Of a DNA stretch of 64,000 bases, positions 33,743-43,208 are shown one piece after another. Both the position numbers and the translations under genes were made by a program. Each line of letters opens with the position of its first letter. Position 1 is the first letter of the stretch. Under the pieces are notes generated by a model. It was not told the DNA's origin. It saw only the letters and a list, made by a program, of their open reading frames with translations, and made no database searches. Source of the DNA: Elusimicrobiota bacterium (GTDB lineage Bacteria > Elusimicrobiota > Elusimicrobia > UBA1565 > UBA9628); NCBI GenBank assembly GCA_016212795.1, contig JACRDT010000012.1, forward strand, positions 19,975 through 83,974, written 5' to 3'.

Positions 33743-34939
33743 ATGAGGAATCTCATTCTCTGTCTTGCGTTGGCCGTGGCAGTCGCCGCTCCCCGGGCCT
33801 GGGCCGCGTTCGGCGTGCCGGGCTTCGAGCTGGCCGTCACCGTGCCGGTCGAGACCACGCTGGAGGCGCCGGACGTCCGGCCGGCGGCCGAGGTTTGGCC
33901 CGAGATGTTCGCCTCGGCCAAGAAGAGCATCGATGTGTGCGAATTCTATGTCACCCCCAAGGCCGGCGAGCCCCTGGAGCCGGCCCTGGCCGAGCTCGAG
34001 AAGGCGGGCAAGCGCGGGGTCAAGATCCGCTTCCTGGCCGAGAACAAGATGGCCAAGGCTTCCGCGGAGGGCTTCGAGCGCTTGAAGGCGATCCCGAGCC
34101 TGGAGCTGCGGGTCATCGACTTCGGCGCGGTCAAGAAGGACGGCATCGTGCACGCCAAGTACTTCGTCGTGGACGGCAAGGAGGCCTACCTCGGGAGCCA
34201 GAATTTCGACTGGCGCTCGCTCAAGCACATCCACGAGCTGGGCGTGAGGGTCTCGGAGGCGCGCATCGTCAAGCAGATGGCGGCCGTCTTCGAGACGGAC
34301 TGGCTCAACCAGGCCAAGGCCTCCTCCGGCAAGGCCGTCACCCCCCTCAACAAGGCCAGGCCCGCGGCGCAGGCGGGCGAGAAGGCTTACCTCGTGGCCA
34401 GCCCCTGGGCCTTCAACCCCGCCGGGGTGGGCGACTCCGAGAGCGAGCTCGTGCGCCTCATCGACGCGGCGCAGAAGGACGTCGCGATCCAGCTGCTGGA
34501 CTACGCCCCTCTGACGCGCGACAAGCGCTTCTACCCGCCGATCGACAACGCCCTGCGCGCCGCCGCGGCCCGCGGGGTCTCGGTCAAGCTCATGGTCTCC
34601 CATTGGAACACGGACCATCCCGCCGTCGACCACCTCAAGAGCCTCTCCCTCATCCCCGGCGTCGAGCTCCGGGTCGTGACCATCCCGGTGGCCAAGGAGG
34701 GCCCGATCCCGTTCTCCCGGGTCATCCACTCCAAGTACATGGTCGTGGACGGCAAGCTCCTTTGGCTGGGCACGAGCAACTGGAGCGGCGGCTACCTGGA
34801 CAATTCGAGGAACCTGGAGCTCGTGCTCAAGGATGAAGCCATGGCCGCCAAGGCCGCCTCCATCCACCGGCAGCTCTGGGAGTCGGCCTACGCCGAGAAG
34901 CTCGACGTCGGCAAGGAGTACCCCAAGCCCCAGAAGTGA
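33743..34939 (+). CDS. Secreted phospholipase D-family protein with two HKD motifs
   Basis: Signal peptide; HKD motifs VHAKYFVVDGKEAYLGSQNF and IHSKYMVVDGKLLWLGTSNW. Confidence 0.8.
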   Translation: MRNLILCLALAVAVAAPRAWAAFGVPGFELAVTVPVETTLEAPDVRPAAEVWPEMFASAKKSIDVCEFYVTPKAGEPLEPALAELEKAGKRGVKIRFLAENKMAKASAEGFERLKAIPSLELRVIDFGAVKKDGIVHAKYFVVDGKEAYLGSQNFDWRSLKHIHELGVRVSEARIVKQMAAVFETDWLNQAKASSGKAVTPLNKARPAAQAGEKAYLVASPWAFNPAGVGDSESELVRLIDAAQKDVAIQLLDYAPLTRDKRFYPPIDNALRAAAARGVSVKLMVSHWNTDHPAVDHLKSLSLIPGVELRVVTIPVAKEGPIPFSRVIHSKYMVVDGKLLWLGTSNWSGGYLDNSRNLELVLKDEAMAAKAASIHRQLWESAYAEKLDVGKEYPKPQK

Positions 34940-34975
34940 GCCGGCCGCCGGGGTTGACCGGGGGCGGAAGAGCCG

Positions 34976-37900
34976 TCATCGCTGCACCGCCACGGTGACG
35001 GTCCTGGAGCCTCCGGCTCCCTGGGCCAGGACGTGGTAGACCCCGCTGGCCACGGGCCGGCCATGCATGTTGGTCCCGTCCCAGGACGCCAGGCCGGCCG
35101 AGTTCGCGTTGAAATCCTTTATGAGCTCGCCGGTCTGGGTGTAGATTCTCAGCCTCGCGAGAGCCGGCAGGTTGAAGAAGCCCATGGCCGCGTGGCCCTG
35201 CGCGGGTCTCAACGGGTTGGGGATGGCTTTCACCCTGGAGAGCGTGTCGGCGGGGTTGGACACCATGATCTGGAACACCGAGAGGTGCCGGGTCGCGGCT
35301 GAGACCTTGTTGCCCGCGCCGTCCACGGTGGAGAGCAGCGGGACCCAGCCCAAGGCCGGGTCGTAGCGGGCCAGGATCAGCTTGCTCTCGTCCTTGCCCG
35401 CCACGTCCGAATCGCGGTATGGGACGGCGATCGTGACGCTGCGAAAGGGCTGGATGGGCTTGTCCAAGACCACCTCGAGCCCGACCGCGAGAGCGCTCAT
35501 GCCCGCGGGTGCCGGCCCGGTCGGGAAGGACGCGGGGGAACGCAGGGTGATGCCGACCGCCTCGGAGAAGGCCAGGGCCGGGATGGCCAGGGACGCCTCC
35601 CCGGTCGGGGAGACGTACGTCAGCGTGCCGCCCGCGGCCGCGCTGACGGCCGCGCTCGAGGGCTGGGTGACCATGACGGACGCGTCGGTCGACAGGTCCC
35701 CGAAGGCTTCCACTCCTTCCTGAAGGACCCGCCACTGGAAGTCGTAGGTCCCCGTCGCGGACGGCGCCTTGGCCGCCACCACCCAGGAGCCGGTCGCGCC
35801 CGGGAGCACCGAGACAGAGGCGCTCAAGGTGGACCGGCTCGTCCCCCATGTCGCGTTGTCATCCGGGTTCCTCGAAGCGAGCTTGTAGCCGCTGGCCGCG
35901 TCCCAGGTCAGGGTCCCGGCGTTGCGGAAGGCGACGGTCGCGCCGAAGACCTCGCCCGCCGTCACCGCGAGGGGAACGCTCTGCGAGACGAAGACGGACT
36001 GGTTGGGCGAGGAGGCGCCCGACTTGAGCTCGGAGAGCAGGCGGATGAGGAAGCCCGCCTCGCCGATGTGCCAGGTCCAGGCCCGCCCGGGCAGGAACTT
36101 GGCGCGCGTGCCGGCGTCGAAGCTCTCCACGGTCGCGAGGTCCCCGGCCGCCTTGCCGGCCACGGCCAGGGCCACCCACGGGAAAGGGTCGGCCTGGTTG
36201 GAGACCCAAGAGGACTTGTGGTTGTCCAGGAACTTCTGCCACAACGCGCCCTTGCGGGCCGCCGCTTCAGGCAGGCCGAAGACGATGGGCCAGAGGTTGG
36301 CCGCGGCGTCGGCGTAGAAGGTGGACCAGTCGGTCGACCCGCCGCGGAACTTCACGTAGTTGCCTTCCGCCGGCTTCCAGAGGTTCGTCTCGATGGCGGC
36401 GCGGACCGCCGCGGCCTTGGCTTGGTAGGTCGATGATGCGGCATCGCCCGCCGCTCCCAGGAGGAAGGCGAAGTCGAGATAACCCTTCCACACCTCCACG
36501 TTGTCCATGAGGAGCTCGAAGGCGTAGTCGGGCTTGCCGTAGGTGAGGTCGGTGGCCTGCAGGGTCGCGTCGATGGCGCCGGCCACGGTCTTGAGGTCCG
36601 CGAGGCTGGCCTGGACGAAGGCGAGGTCGCCGCTCACGTCGTAGTACGTCCTGAAGAGGGACAGGAAGGTGGCGGCATAGGAGTCGGAGGAGTCGTAGCT
36701 GCCGGCCGAGACCTCGTTGCCGGCCACGATGTCGTAGTCGTAGACCGTCCCATGGACGGCCAGATGGTCCGGGCGGTTCAGATGCGCCAGATACCACTGC
36801 AGGTACTGCTTGACTCTGGCGGCTCGGGACGGATCCGCCTTCAAGGCCTCGGTCAGGGCCAAGTTGGCGAAATAGGGAACGACCTTGCCGCCCGGAGCGT
36901 TCAGGAAGGAGCCCGTGGGCCTGGAGAGGTCCCCGAAGATCCAGGCCGCCTCGTCTTGGATGCGGCGGTCGTAGGAGGTCGAGCCGTGGAGGAAGTTCGA
37001 GAGCGCATGCCAGGCCGGGGCTTTGCTGCCGTCGGGCCGGAACAAGCCGAAGCCCGGGCAGGCCCCGGGAGGGTTGGGTTGGTCGTTCTGGCATTCGTTG
37101 TCGATGATCTGCCAGAAGAAGGCGAGCGGGATCCCGGCGTCGAGGAAGGCCCGGGCCGCGATGTCGGTGCGGTTCCCGGAATCCGCGAATTGGCCCTCGG
37201 TGAAGCCGTACTCGGCGATGAGGAGGTCCCTCCCTTGGGCCGACGGGTGGCGGCGGATGAAGGCCAGGTCGTCGAGTATCTTGCGCCGCAGGTTGGCGGT
37301 GGGGGTGCTCGAGATGGTCTGCCAGGAGGAATAGGACATGAGGTCGGAGTCGGCGCCGGCGAGCACGTCCTTGAGCCAGCATGGCCTGTCCCGGCGCGCG
37401 AACTCCACCTGGGTGAATTCCGCGGCGTCGAGCACCCGCACGCCCGGGAGCCCCGCAAGCTCGGTCCTGGCCTGAACGACGCCTTCGTGGCGGGCGTTGA
37501 GCCAGTCCGTGAAGGCCTGGGTCTGGGTCGCGTCGGGCTGGTAGTAGGGCTCGAAGTTCTCGTCCATGAGCCAGTCGCCTTCCCAGTTCTTGAGGATGAA
37601 GGTCTTGCCCGTGCCCTGGTAGGTCTGCAGGAGGTATTCCGCGAGGTCGTGGAACTCGGCCTTCTCGTTGGCGTATCTCGCGGGGCCCAGGGCGCCGCGG
37701 GGATGGGTGTTGATCCACGGTTCGTTCACGAAGGAGTGCGCCGTGACGACGAACGTCGTGAAGCTCATGCTGAAGAGCTGCTGGAACGGCGCGGTCTGGG
37801 CCAGGGCCTTGAGGCTGGCGATGGGGCCCGCGCCGAAGTCCGTGGCGGGGTAGACGGTCGGGTAGCCCGGGGTGAGGTAGACGAAGATCGCGTTGGGGTT

Positions 37901-38692
37901 GAGGTTGGCGACGAGCTTGGCCCCTTCGAAGAGGAAGGGCTCCGTGGTCAGGCGGTAGTCGCCCCCGCCGTGGAAAGCGCTCAGAGTCTGGGTGGCGATG
38001 GAAGGGACCGCCGCGGTCAGGCTCGCCTGGACGGCCAGATTGACCTTGCCGATGTGCCCTCCGATGGAGACCTGTCTGGTCCAGTACCCGGCGTCTTCGG
38101 CCGCCCAGGCGGGGCCCGAGCCCGTCCAATAGCCGTTGCCGTCCGTGGTCTGGCCCAGGTCAGCGTCGTTCTGGACTTGGACGCCGTTCTTCCAGCCGGA
38201 CCAGAGGATGGCGGCGCCGGCGGGCGCGCCGACCACGGTGTAGAAAGGCGTCTCGCCCGCCTGGTAGGCCGAGTGGTCGGAGTCGAGCCTCGGACGTACC
38301 GTGATGGACAGGTTGGGAGTCGTTTCCCCGAACCATTCCACCCCTTCCTGCACCATCCGCCATTGGAAGTTCGCGGGGCCGGGGGTGGGGGTGCCGAAGA
38401 CCCTGAAGGAGAAGGCGGCGTTCTGACCGGGAGCGACCGGGGCGGTCAACGCCACCCTGCCCGTGGTCTGCATCCAGATGCCGTTGTCTTGAGGGTTCTG
38501 CGACCCCAGCCGGTGGAGGGCGGCTTCGCTCCAGGTGGTGTCGCCGGTGTTCTTGAAAGTGACCTGGGCGTAGTAGGTGACGCCTGAGATCATCTCCGTG
38601 GGCACGTTCTGGGACACGAATTGGGCGTCGTTGAGGGCATGGCATGGGGCCGCCATCAGCCCGAGCAGGGCGCCGGCCAGGGCGTTTCTCAT
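34976..38692 (-). CDS. Large (1238 aa) secreted multi-domain glycoside-hydrolase-like protein with two NBR1/CARDB-like Ig domains and a C-terminal T9SS-type (Por_Secre_tail/FlgD-Ig-like) sorting domain
   Basis: Signal peptide; duplicated F(V)SQxVP..V.F.N.G..TW..FQWR(M/V)(V/L)QEGVE.FG domains at N-terminus and ~aa 830; central TIM-barrel/(alpha/alpha)6-like GH-type regions; C-terminal ..LRIYTQTGELIKDF..WDGTNMHGRPVASGVYHVLAQG.. resembles T9SS CTDs. Confidence 0.65.
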   Translation of the reverse strand: MRNALAGALLGLMAAPCHALNDAQFVSQNVPTEMISGVTYYAQVTFKNTGDTTWSEAALHRLGSQNPQDNGIWMQTTGRVALTAPVAPGQNAAFSFRVFGTPTPGPANFQWRMVQEGVEWFGETTPNLSITVRPRLDSDHSAYQAGETPFYTVVGAPAGAAILWSGWKNGVQVQNDADLGQTTDGNGYWTGSGPAWAAEDAGYWTRQVSIGGHIGKVNLAVQASLTAAVPSIATQTLSAFHGGGDYRLTTEPFLFEGAKLVANLNPNAIFVYLTPGYPTVYPATDFGAGPIASLKALAQTAPFQQLFSMSFTTFVVTAHSFVNEPWINTHPRGALGPARYANEKAEFHDLAEYLLQTYQGTGKTFILKNWEGDWLMDENFEPYYQPDATQTQAFTDWLNARHEGVVQARTELAGLPGVRVLDAAEFTQVEFARRDRPCWLKDVLAGADSDLMSYSSWQTISSTPTANLRRKILDDLAFIRRHPSAQGRDLLIAEYGFTEGQFADSGNRTDIAARAFLDAGIPLAFFWQIIDNECQNDQPNPPGACPGFGLFRPDGSKAPAWHALSNFLHGSTSYDRRIQDEAAWIFGDLSRPTGSFLNAPGGKVVPYFANLALTEALKADPSRAARVKQYLQWYLAHLNRPDHLAVHGTVYDYDIVAGNEVSAGSYDSSDSYAATFLSLFRTYYDVSGDLAFVQASLADLKTVAGAIDATLQATDLTYGKPDYAFELLMDNVEVWKGYLDFAFLLGAAGDAASSTYQAKAAAVRAAIETNLWKPAEGNYVKFRGGSTDWSTFYADAAANLWPIVFGLPEAAARKGALWQKFLDNHKSSWVSNQADPFPWVALAVAGKAAGDLATVESFDAGTRAKFLPGRAWTWHIGEAGFLIRLLSELKSGASSPNQSVFVSQSVPLAVTAGEVFGATVAFRNAGTLTWDAASGYKLASRNPDDNATWGTSRSTLSASVSVLPGATGSWVVAAKAPSATGTYDFQWRVLQEGVEAFGDLSTDASVMVTQPSSAAVSAAAGGTLTYVSPTGEASLAIPALAFSEAVGITLRSPASFPTGPAPAGMSALAVGLEVVLDKPIQPFRSVTIAVPYRDSDVAGKDESKLILARYDPALGWVPLLSTVDGAGNKVSAATRHLSVFQIMVSNPADTLSRVKAIPNPLRPAQGHAAMGFFNLPALARLRIYTQTGELIKDFNANSAGLASWDGTNMHGRPVASGVYHVLAQGAGGSRTVTVAVQR

Positions 38693-38714
38693 GGTGTCGT
38701 CGGTGCTCCAAGCA

Positions 38715-39707
38715 TTAGAACCTCGCCGAGACCGACGCGCGGTGGACCTGGCCCATGGAGCCGAAGGGCACGAGCCCGTAGTCCACGGAGAGCTTGTCGT
38801 AGGCGAGCCCCACGCCGAAAGAGAAGCCGGTGAACCCTCCCACCTCGCCGACCGTGCGCGAGTTGAAGCCGCTCCGGCCGGCCAGGGACCAGCCTCCCTT
38901 CACCGGGAAGACGTACTCGGACCCGAGGCCCACGAACGGGTCGGCGTCGTTCGGGAACCCGACGTCCATGGAGGCGGTCCAGCGCTCCGTGATGACGCCG
39001 GAGCTCCCCAGCCGGAACATGAGCGGCAGCCCGGCCGATTCCTGCTCGAACTTGAGGTCCCCGCCCATGTTGGCGGCCGTGGCGGCGAAGCGCAGGCGGC
39101 CGTCCCCATAGGCCGGCGTCAGGAGCCCAAAGTCCGCCGCCGCGGTCTGGTCCGAGTCGAGGAGCTTGGAGCGGATGAACTTGACCCCCAGCCCCGCGGA
39201 GAACCCGTCGAGGAAGGCCGGTTGCCCGACATCCCCCAGCCGGCAGGCGTAGCCCCAGGCGAGGGCCAGGTCGTAGGGAGTGAACGTGCCGACCTCCGTC
39301 CCGGTGGCGTCGTCGGTCTCCGTGATGCCGCCTGCAGAGAGGTACTGGAAGCTCGTCCCCAGAGCCCCGTGCTTGCCGAGGCTCTGGCCGTAGGCCGCGT
39401 ACTCGAAGTAGCTCGAGCCGATGCCTGAGGCGTGCATGAAGGTCGCCGAGCGCTTTTCGATCTCGGTCAAGCCGGCCGGGTTCCAGTATAGGGCGCTGGC
39501 ATCGTCGGCCACGGCCGAGTAGGCCTCGCCCATGGCGACGGCCCTCGCCCCCACGCCGAATTTGAGGAACCCCGCGGCCTTGGTGCCGCGGTCGCCTGAT
39601 CCGAAGGCCCAGACACGGCATGGAGCCAGAAGGGCGAAGAGAATTGCCAGGAGCCCATACGTCGCGACGGCGAACGCGCCCAGGATCCTCGGTGTTCTTG
39701 CTGGCAT
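38715..39707 (-). CDS. FadL/PorV-family outer-membrane beta-barrel protein
   Basis: Signal peptide; hatch-domain motif GARAVAMGEAYSAVADDASALYWNPAGL (cf. FadL [26 protein letters not shown]); C-terminal aromatic residue; 23 nt upstream of the large secreted protein on the same strand. Confidence 0.6.
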   Translation of the reverse strand: MPARTPRILGAFAVATYGLLAILFALLAPCRVWAFGSGDRGTKAAGFLKFGVGARAVAMGEAYSAVADDASALYWNPAGLTEIEKRSATFMHASGIGSSYFEYAAYGQSLGKHGALGTSFQYLSAGGITETDDATGTEVGTFTPYDLALAWGYACRLGDVGQPAFLDGFSAGLGVKFIRSKLLDSDQTAAADFGLLTPAYGDGRLRFAATAANMGGDLKFEQESAGLPLMFRLGSSGVITERWTASMDVGFPNDADPFVGLGSEYVFPVKGGWSLAGRSGFNSRTVGEVGGFTGFSFGVGLAYDKLSVDYGLVPFGSMGQVHRASVSARF

Positions 39708-39864
39708 GGCCGCAGATGGGCTCGGCGAACCCGATCCCAATCCTACAAAAAGGACACGTTTTCGGACCAGAGTCGAGGTCGCCAACGGAGCCTCGGGGCC
39801 CGAAATTTCTCGCCGCGGCCGGGCGGGCGTAGAGTTTCGGTTCCGTAATTGCTATTAAAACAGC

Positions 39865-41976
39865 ATGGCGGCCCGCGGCATCCTCTTCCTGGTCACCACG
39901 GACAACGCCTTGGTCAACGAGATGGCCGGCTCGGACCGGGGCAAGGAGTTCGAGCTCGTCGTCTCGGCAACCCTCGAAGAGGCCGAGAAGCAGATGTCCA
40001 CGCGCTTCGACCGCCGCCTCATGAGCGTGATGGTCTTCGACCTGGGGAGCGTGGACGAGAAGGCTTGCCGCCGGCAGGTCGACCTCCAGAACAGCCGCGC
40101 CCGGGGCTCCACCTTCTTCCTGAAGCCCGAGCCCGACGTCTCGGCCTCCAAGCCCGGCCCCCTCCGGGAGCTCGGCTGGCCCCTGCCCGCCGCGTTCGTC
40201 GACGAGGCCGCGCTGGTCCAGCGGCCCGTCGTGTTCCTGGCGTCCAGGCCGGTCTTTTTGGCGCGCGCCATCGAGCTGAGCTTCAAGCCCACCGGGATCC
40301 AGCCTGTGGTCCTGCAGACCGCGGAGGGCATCGCGGAGTTCATCCAGCAGTCGCCCAGCCCCATCCTGGGCAAGGGCAGGGGCATCTACGGCAGGCTGCT
40401 CGAGGGCCTCTTCGGCAAGGAGCCCGAGGCCCCGCAGCAGCCCGCGGCGGGGCCCCCCGGCATCCCCCCGAGCCTCCTGGGGCACGTCGTGGTCGCCTTG
40501 TTCGACGGCACCCGTTCGGAGGCCGAGAGCCTCGACGCGAAGCTGCGCGCCTCCATGCCGGAAGCGGTATGCTACCGGGTGACCAACGCCGACCCTCTCG
40601 TCGAGGCGGGCCGGGCCCTCGAGAACGGCATGCCGGTCGTCCTGGGCCGCGGCCTGGCCAGGCACATCGTCCCCATGCTGGTGTGCTCCGACATCAAGTC
40701 GTTCGCCCCGGTCAAGGTCCCGGTCCTGATGGTCGACCGGGAGCCGGACAAGGTGGCCGACCTCGCCAGGGCGCTGATGGCCGACGGGTACCAGGTGGAG
40801 GTCGTCAAGACCGAGGAGGAGGCGCTGCGGCTGGCGGGGGCCAAGGGCCGCTTCCACGTCGTCGTGATCGGCGTCTCCTTCGCGATGTCCTTCACCTACG
40901 CCGTGGACGCCGGCCCCGGCCTCGCGCGCAAGTTCCACGACCTCGACCCCGACCTGAGGTTCGTCTTCGTCATGGACCTCTACCCGCTCGAGCGCTCGGT
41001 GCGCGAGATGAGCCGGCTCATCGAGCTCGGGGCCGACGACATCATCCTCAAGCCCGTCGAGCCCACGCGCCTGGTGATGGCCGTGGACCGGTCCGTCAAG
41101 CGCCGGTCGCTCGCCATCGAGCAGTCGCGCCTGGGCCAGGCGGGCCTCGTCCAGGCCGCCTTCGGGCAGGCCTCCCAGACCGTCAGCCTCGTGGGGGGGC
41201 GCTACGACATGGTGCTCCAGCTCGGCGAGGGGGGGATGGGGATCGTCTTCCTGGCCACGGACCGGCAGCTGGGCCGCAAGGTCGCCATCAAGAAGATGCG
41301 CGCGGAGGTCCGGGCCAACGCCGCCCACCGCGACAGGTTCATGGAGGAGGCCAGGCTGGTCTCGCGCCTGGTGCACCCCTACATCGTGGGCGTCCACGAC
41401 GTGCTCGAGCACCGGGGGGAGATCTACCTCGTGCTCGACTTCGTCGACGGCAAGCCGCTCTCCGACCTGCTGGCGGACAAGCGGCGCATGACCTTCGACC
41501 AGGGCCGCAAGGTCCTGGAGCAGGTCTGCCAGGGCATCGATTTCGCCCACCGCAACAACATCCTGCACCGGGACCTGAAGCCCTCCAACATCATGATCGA
41601 CAAGAACGGCTACGCCAAGGTCATGGATTTCGGGCTGGCCCGCGAGTTCAAGGACGCCGTCTCCATGCTGACGCAGAAAGACGCCGGCGGCACCCTGGCC
41701 TACATGGCGCCGGAGCAGCACCTGGGCCGGTGCGGGAAGGCCTCGGACGTCTACTCCCTCGGGATCTGCTGGTACGAGATGCTCAGCGGCGAGCGGCCAT
41801 TCAAGGGGCCGGACTTCCTGGCTCAGAAGGAGCGCATGCACTACCCCACCCTGTCCAGCCTGGTCCCCGGCCTGCCGCCGACGACCGACCAGGTCGTGGC
41901 GCGCGTCTTCGAGCCCGACCCCCACAAGAGGATCTCGGGCGCGGCGGGCTTCTACGACGCCGTGCGGGCGTTGTAG
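39865..41976 (+). CDS. Multi-receiver (REC-like) domain protein fused to a C-terminal Hanks-type Ser/Thr protein kinase
   Basis: Kinase motifs GEGGMGIVFLA..VAIKKM, HRDLKPSNIMID, DFGLAR, APE; N-terminal ~440 aa contain CheY-like segments (..PVLMVDREPDKVADLARALMADGYQVEVVKTEEEALRL..). Confidence 0.8.
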   Translation: MAARGILFLVTTDNALVNEMAGSDRGKEFELVVSATLEEAEKQMSTRFDRRLMSVMVFDLGSVDEKACRRQVDLQNSRARGSTFFLKPEPDVSASKPGPLRELGWPLPAAFVDEAALVQRPVVFLASRPVFLARAIELSFKPTGIQPVVLQTAEGIAEFIQQSPSPILGKGRGIYGRLLEGLFGKEPEAPQQPAAGPPGIPPSLLGHVVVALFDGTRSEAESLDAKLRASMPEAVCYRVTNADPLVEAGRALENGMPVVLGRGLARHIVPMLVCSDIKSFAPVKVPVLMVDREPDKVADLARALMADGYQVEVVKTEEEALRLAGAKGRFHVVVIGVSFAMSFTYAVDAGPGLARKFHDLDPDLRFVFVMDLYPLERSVREMSRLIELGADDIILKPVEPTRLVMAVDRSVKRRSLAIEQSRLGQAGLVQAAFGQASQTVSLVGGRYDMVLQLGEGGMGIVFLATDRQLGRKVAIKKMRAEVRANAAHRDRFMEEARLVSRLVHPYIVGVHDVLEHRGEIYLVLDFVDGKPLSDLLADKRRMTFDQGRKVLEQVCQGIDFAHRNNILHRDLKPSNIMIDKNGYAKVMDFGLAREFKDAVSMLTQKDAGGTLAYMAPEQHLGRCGKASDVYSLGICWYEMLSGERPFKGPDFLAQKERMHYPTLSSLVPGLPPTTDQVVARVFEPDPHKRISGAAGFYDAVRAL

Positions 41977-42061
41977 CCCCGTTGGTCTGTATGTTGCAAA
42001 GGGATGAGGTGACGGGGGGCCGCGGGAGCGTTCGGGCGGCCCGAGACCAGGAGGGATTGTC

Positions 42062-43063
42062 ATGGACATCATCAACGAATTGCGCGCGAAGGCCAAGGCC
42101 AAGCGCCGCCGGATCGTGCTCCCGGAGGGGGACGAGCCCCGGACCGTGCAGGCCGCCGCGATCCTGACGAAGGAGGCGATCGCGGACGTCATCCTCGTGG
42201 GCGACCGGGACAGGATCGCCAAGGTCGCCAAGGAGAAGGCCGCCGACATCTCCAAGGCGCAGGTCCTCGACCCTGCCAAGGACCCCAGGCGCGCCGAGTA
42301 CGCCGCGGCGTTCTTCGAGGCCCGCAAGCACAAGGGCGTCAGCGAGGCCGACGCGGCCAAGCAGATGGACGACCCCCTGACCTACGGGATCATGATGGTC
42401 AACGCGGGCGCGGCCGACGGCTACCTGAGCGGCGCGGACCACGCCACGGGCGACACGGTGCGCCCCGCGCTCCAGATCATCAAGCCCGCCAAGGGCGCGG
42501 CCACCATCTCGAGCTTCTTCATCATGGTCTTCGCCGACAAGAAGATCGGCGAGAACGGGATCCTGATCTTCGCCGACTGCGCCATCGTCCCCGACCCCCC
42601 GCCGCTCAAGCTGGCGTCCATCGGCGTCGCCTCGGCCCGGGCCGCCAAGATCCTCTGCGGGTTCGAGCCCAAGGTGGCGTTCCTCTCGTTCTCGACCGCC
42701 GGCTCCGCGAAGCACGAGTACGTCGACCGCGTGGTGGAGGCCGTCAGGATCGCCCGGGAGAAGGCCCCGGACCTGCAGATCGACGGCGAGATGCAGGCCG
42801 ACGCGGCCCTCGTCTCGGCCATCGGCTCCAAGAAGTTCCCGGGGAGCAAGGTGGCGGGCGTCGCCAACGTGCTGGTGTTCCCGGACCTCAACGCCGGCAA
42901 CATCGGCTACAAGCTCGTCCAGCGCCTGGCCGGCGCCGAGGCCATCGGCCCCATCCTGACCGGCTTCAACAAGCCGGTCAACGACCTCTCGCGGGGCTGC
43001 AGCGTCGACGACATCGTGACCATGGCCGCCGTGACCTCGATGCAGACCGAGATCAAATTCTGA
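42062..43063 (+). CDS. pta: Phosphate acetyl/butyryl-transferase (short-form Pta)
   Basis: 333 aa; Pta family signatures (..GADHATGDTVRPALQII.., ..VLVFPDLNAGNIGYKLVQR..). Confidence 0.8.
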   Translation: MDIINELRAKAKAKRRRIVLPEGDEPRTVQAAAILTKEAIADVILVGDRDRIAKVAKEKAADISKAQVLDPAKDPRRAEYAAAFFEARKHKGVSEADAAKQMDDPLTYGIMMVNAGAADGYLSGADHATGDTVRPALQIIKPAKGAATISSFFIMVFADKKIGENGILIFADCAIVPDPPPLKLASIGVASARAAKILCGFEPKVAFLSFSTAGSAKHEYVDRVVEAVRIAREKAPDLQIDGEMQADAALVSAIGSKKFPGSKVAGVANVLVFPDLNAGNIGYKLVQRLAGAEAIGPILTGFNKPVNDLSRGCSVDDIVTMAAVTSMQTEIKF

Positions 43064-43208
43064 CGCCGCTCGAGGCGCTGCGCCGGAAGGGGCGCCGCTC
43101 CCGGTAGGACGCCCGCCTCGTCGGGATGACGCGGTTTGTCGGGACTTGCGGGGCCAACTATGTCTATAATTACGTTGACATGACGCCCAGGCCCCCGAAG
43201 GCGCGGCG

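Noticed and set aside
38830-39111. Small plus-strand ORFs inside the FadL-like gene and other <100-aa ORFs embedded in larger genes
   Set aside because: They are fully nested in well-supported genes on the opposite strand or another frame and have no features.
43150-43190. TATAAT ... TTGACA pair upstream of the first AAA+ gene as a sigma70 promoter
   Set aside because: The order and spacing are wrong on both strands: TATAAT precedes TTGACA by only 5 bp.
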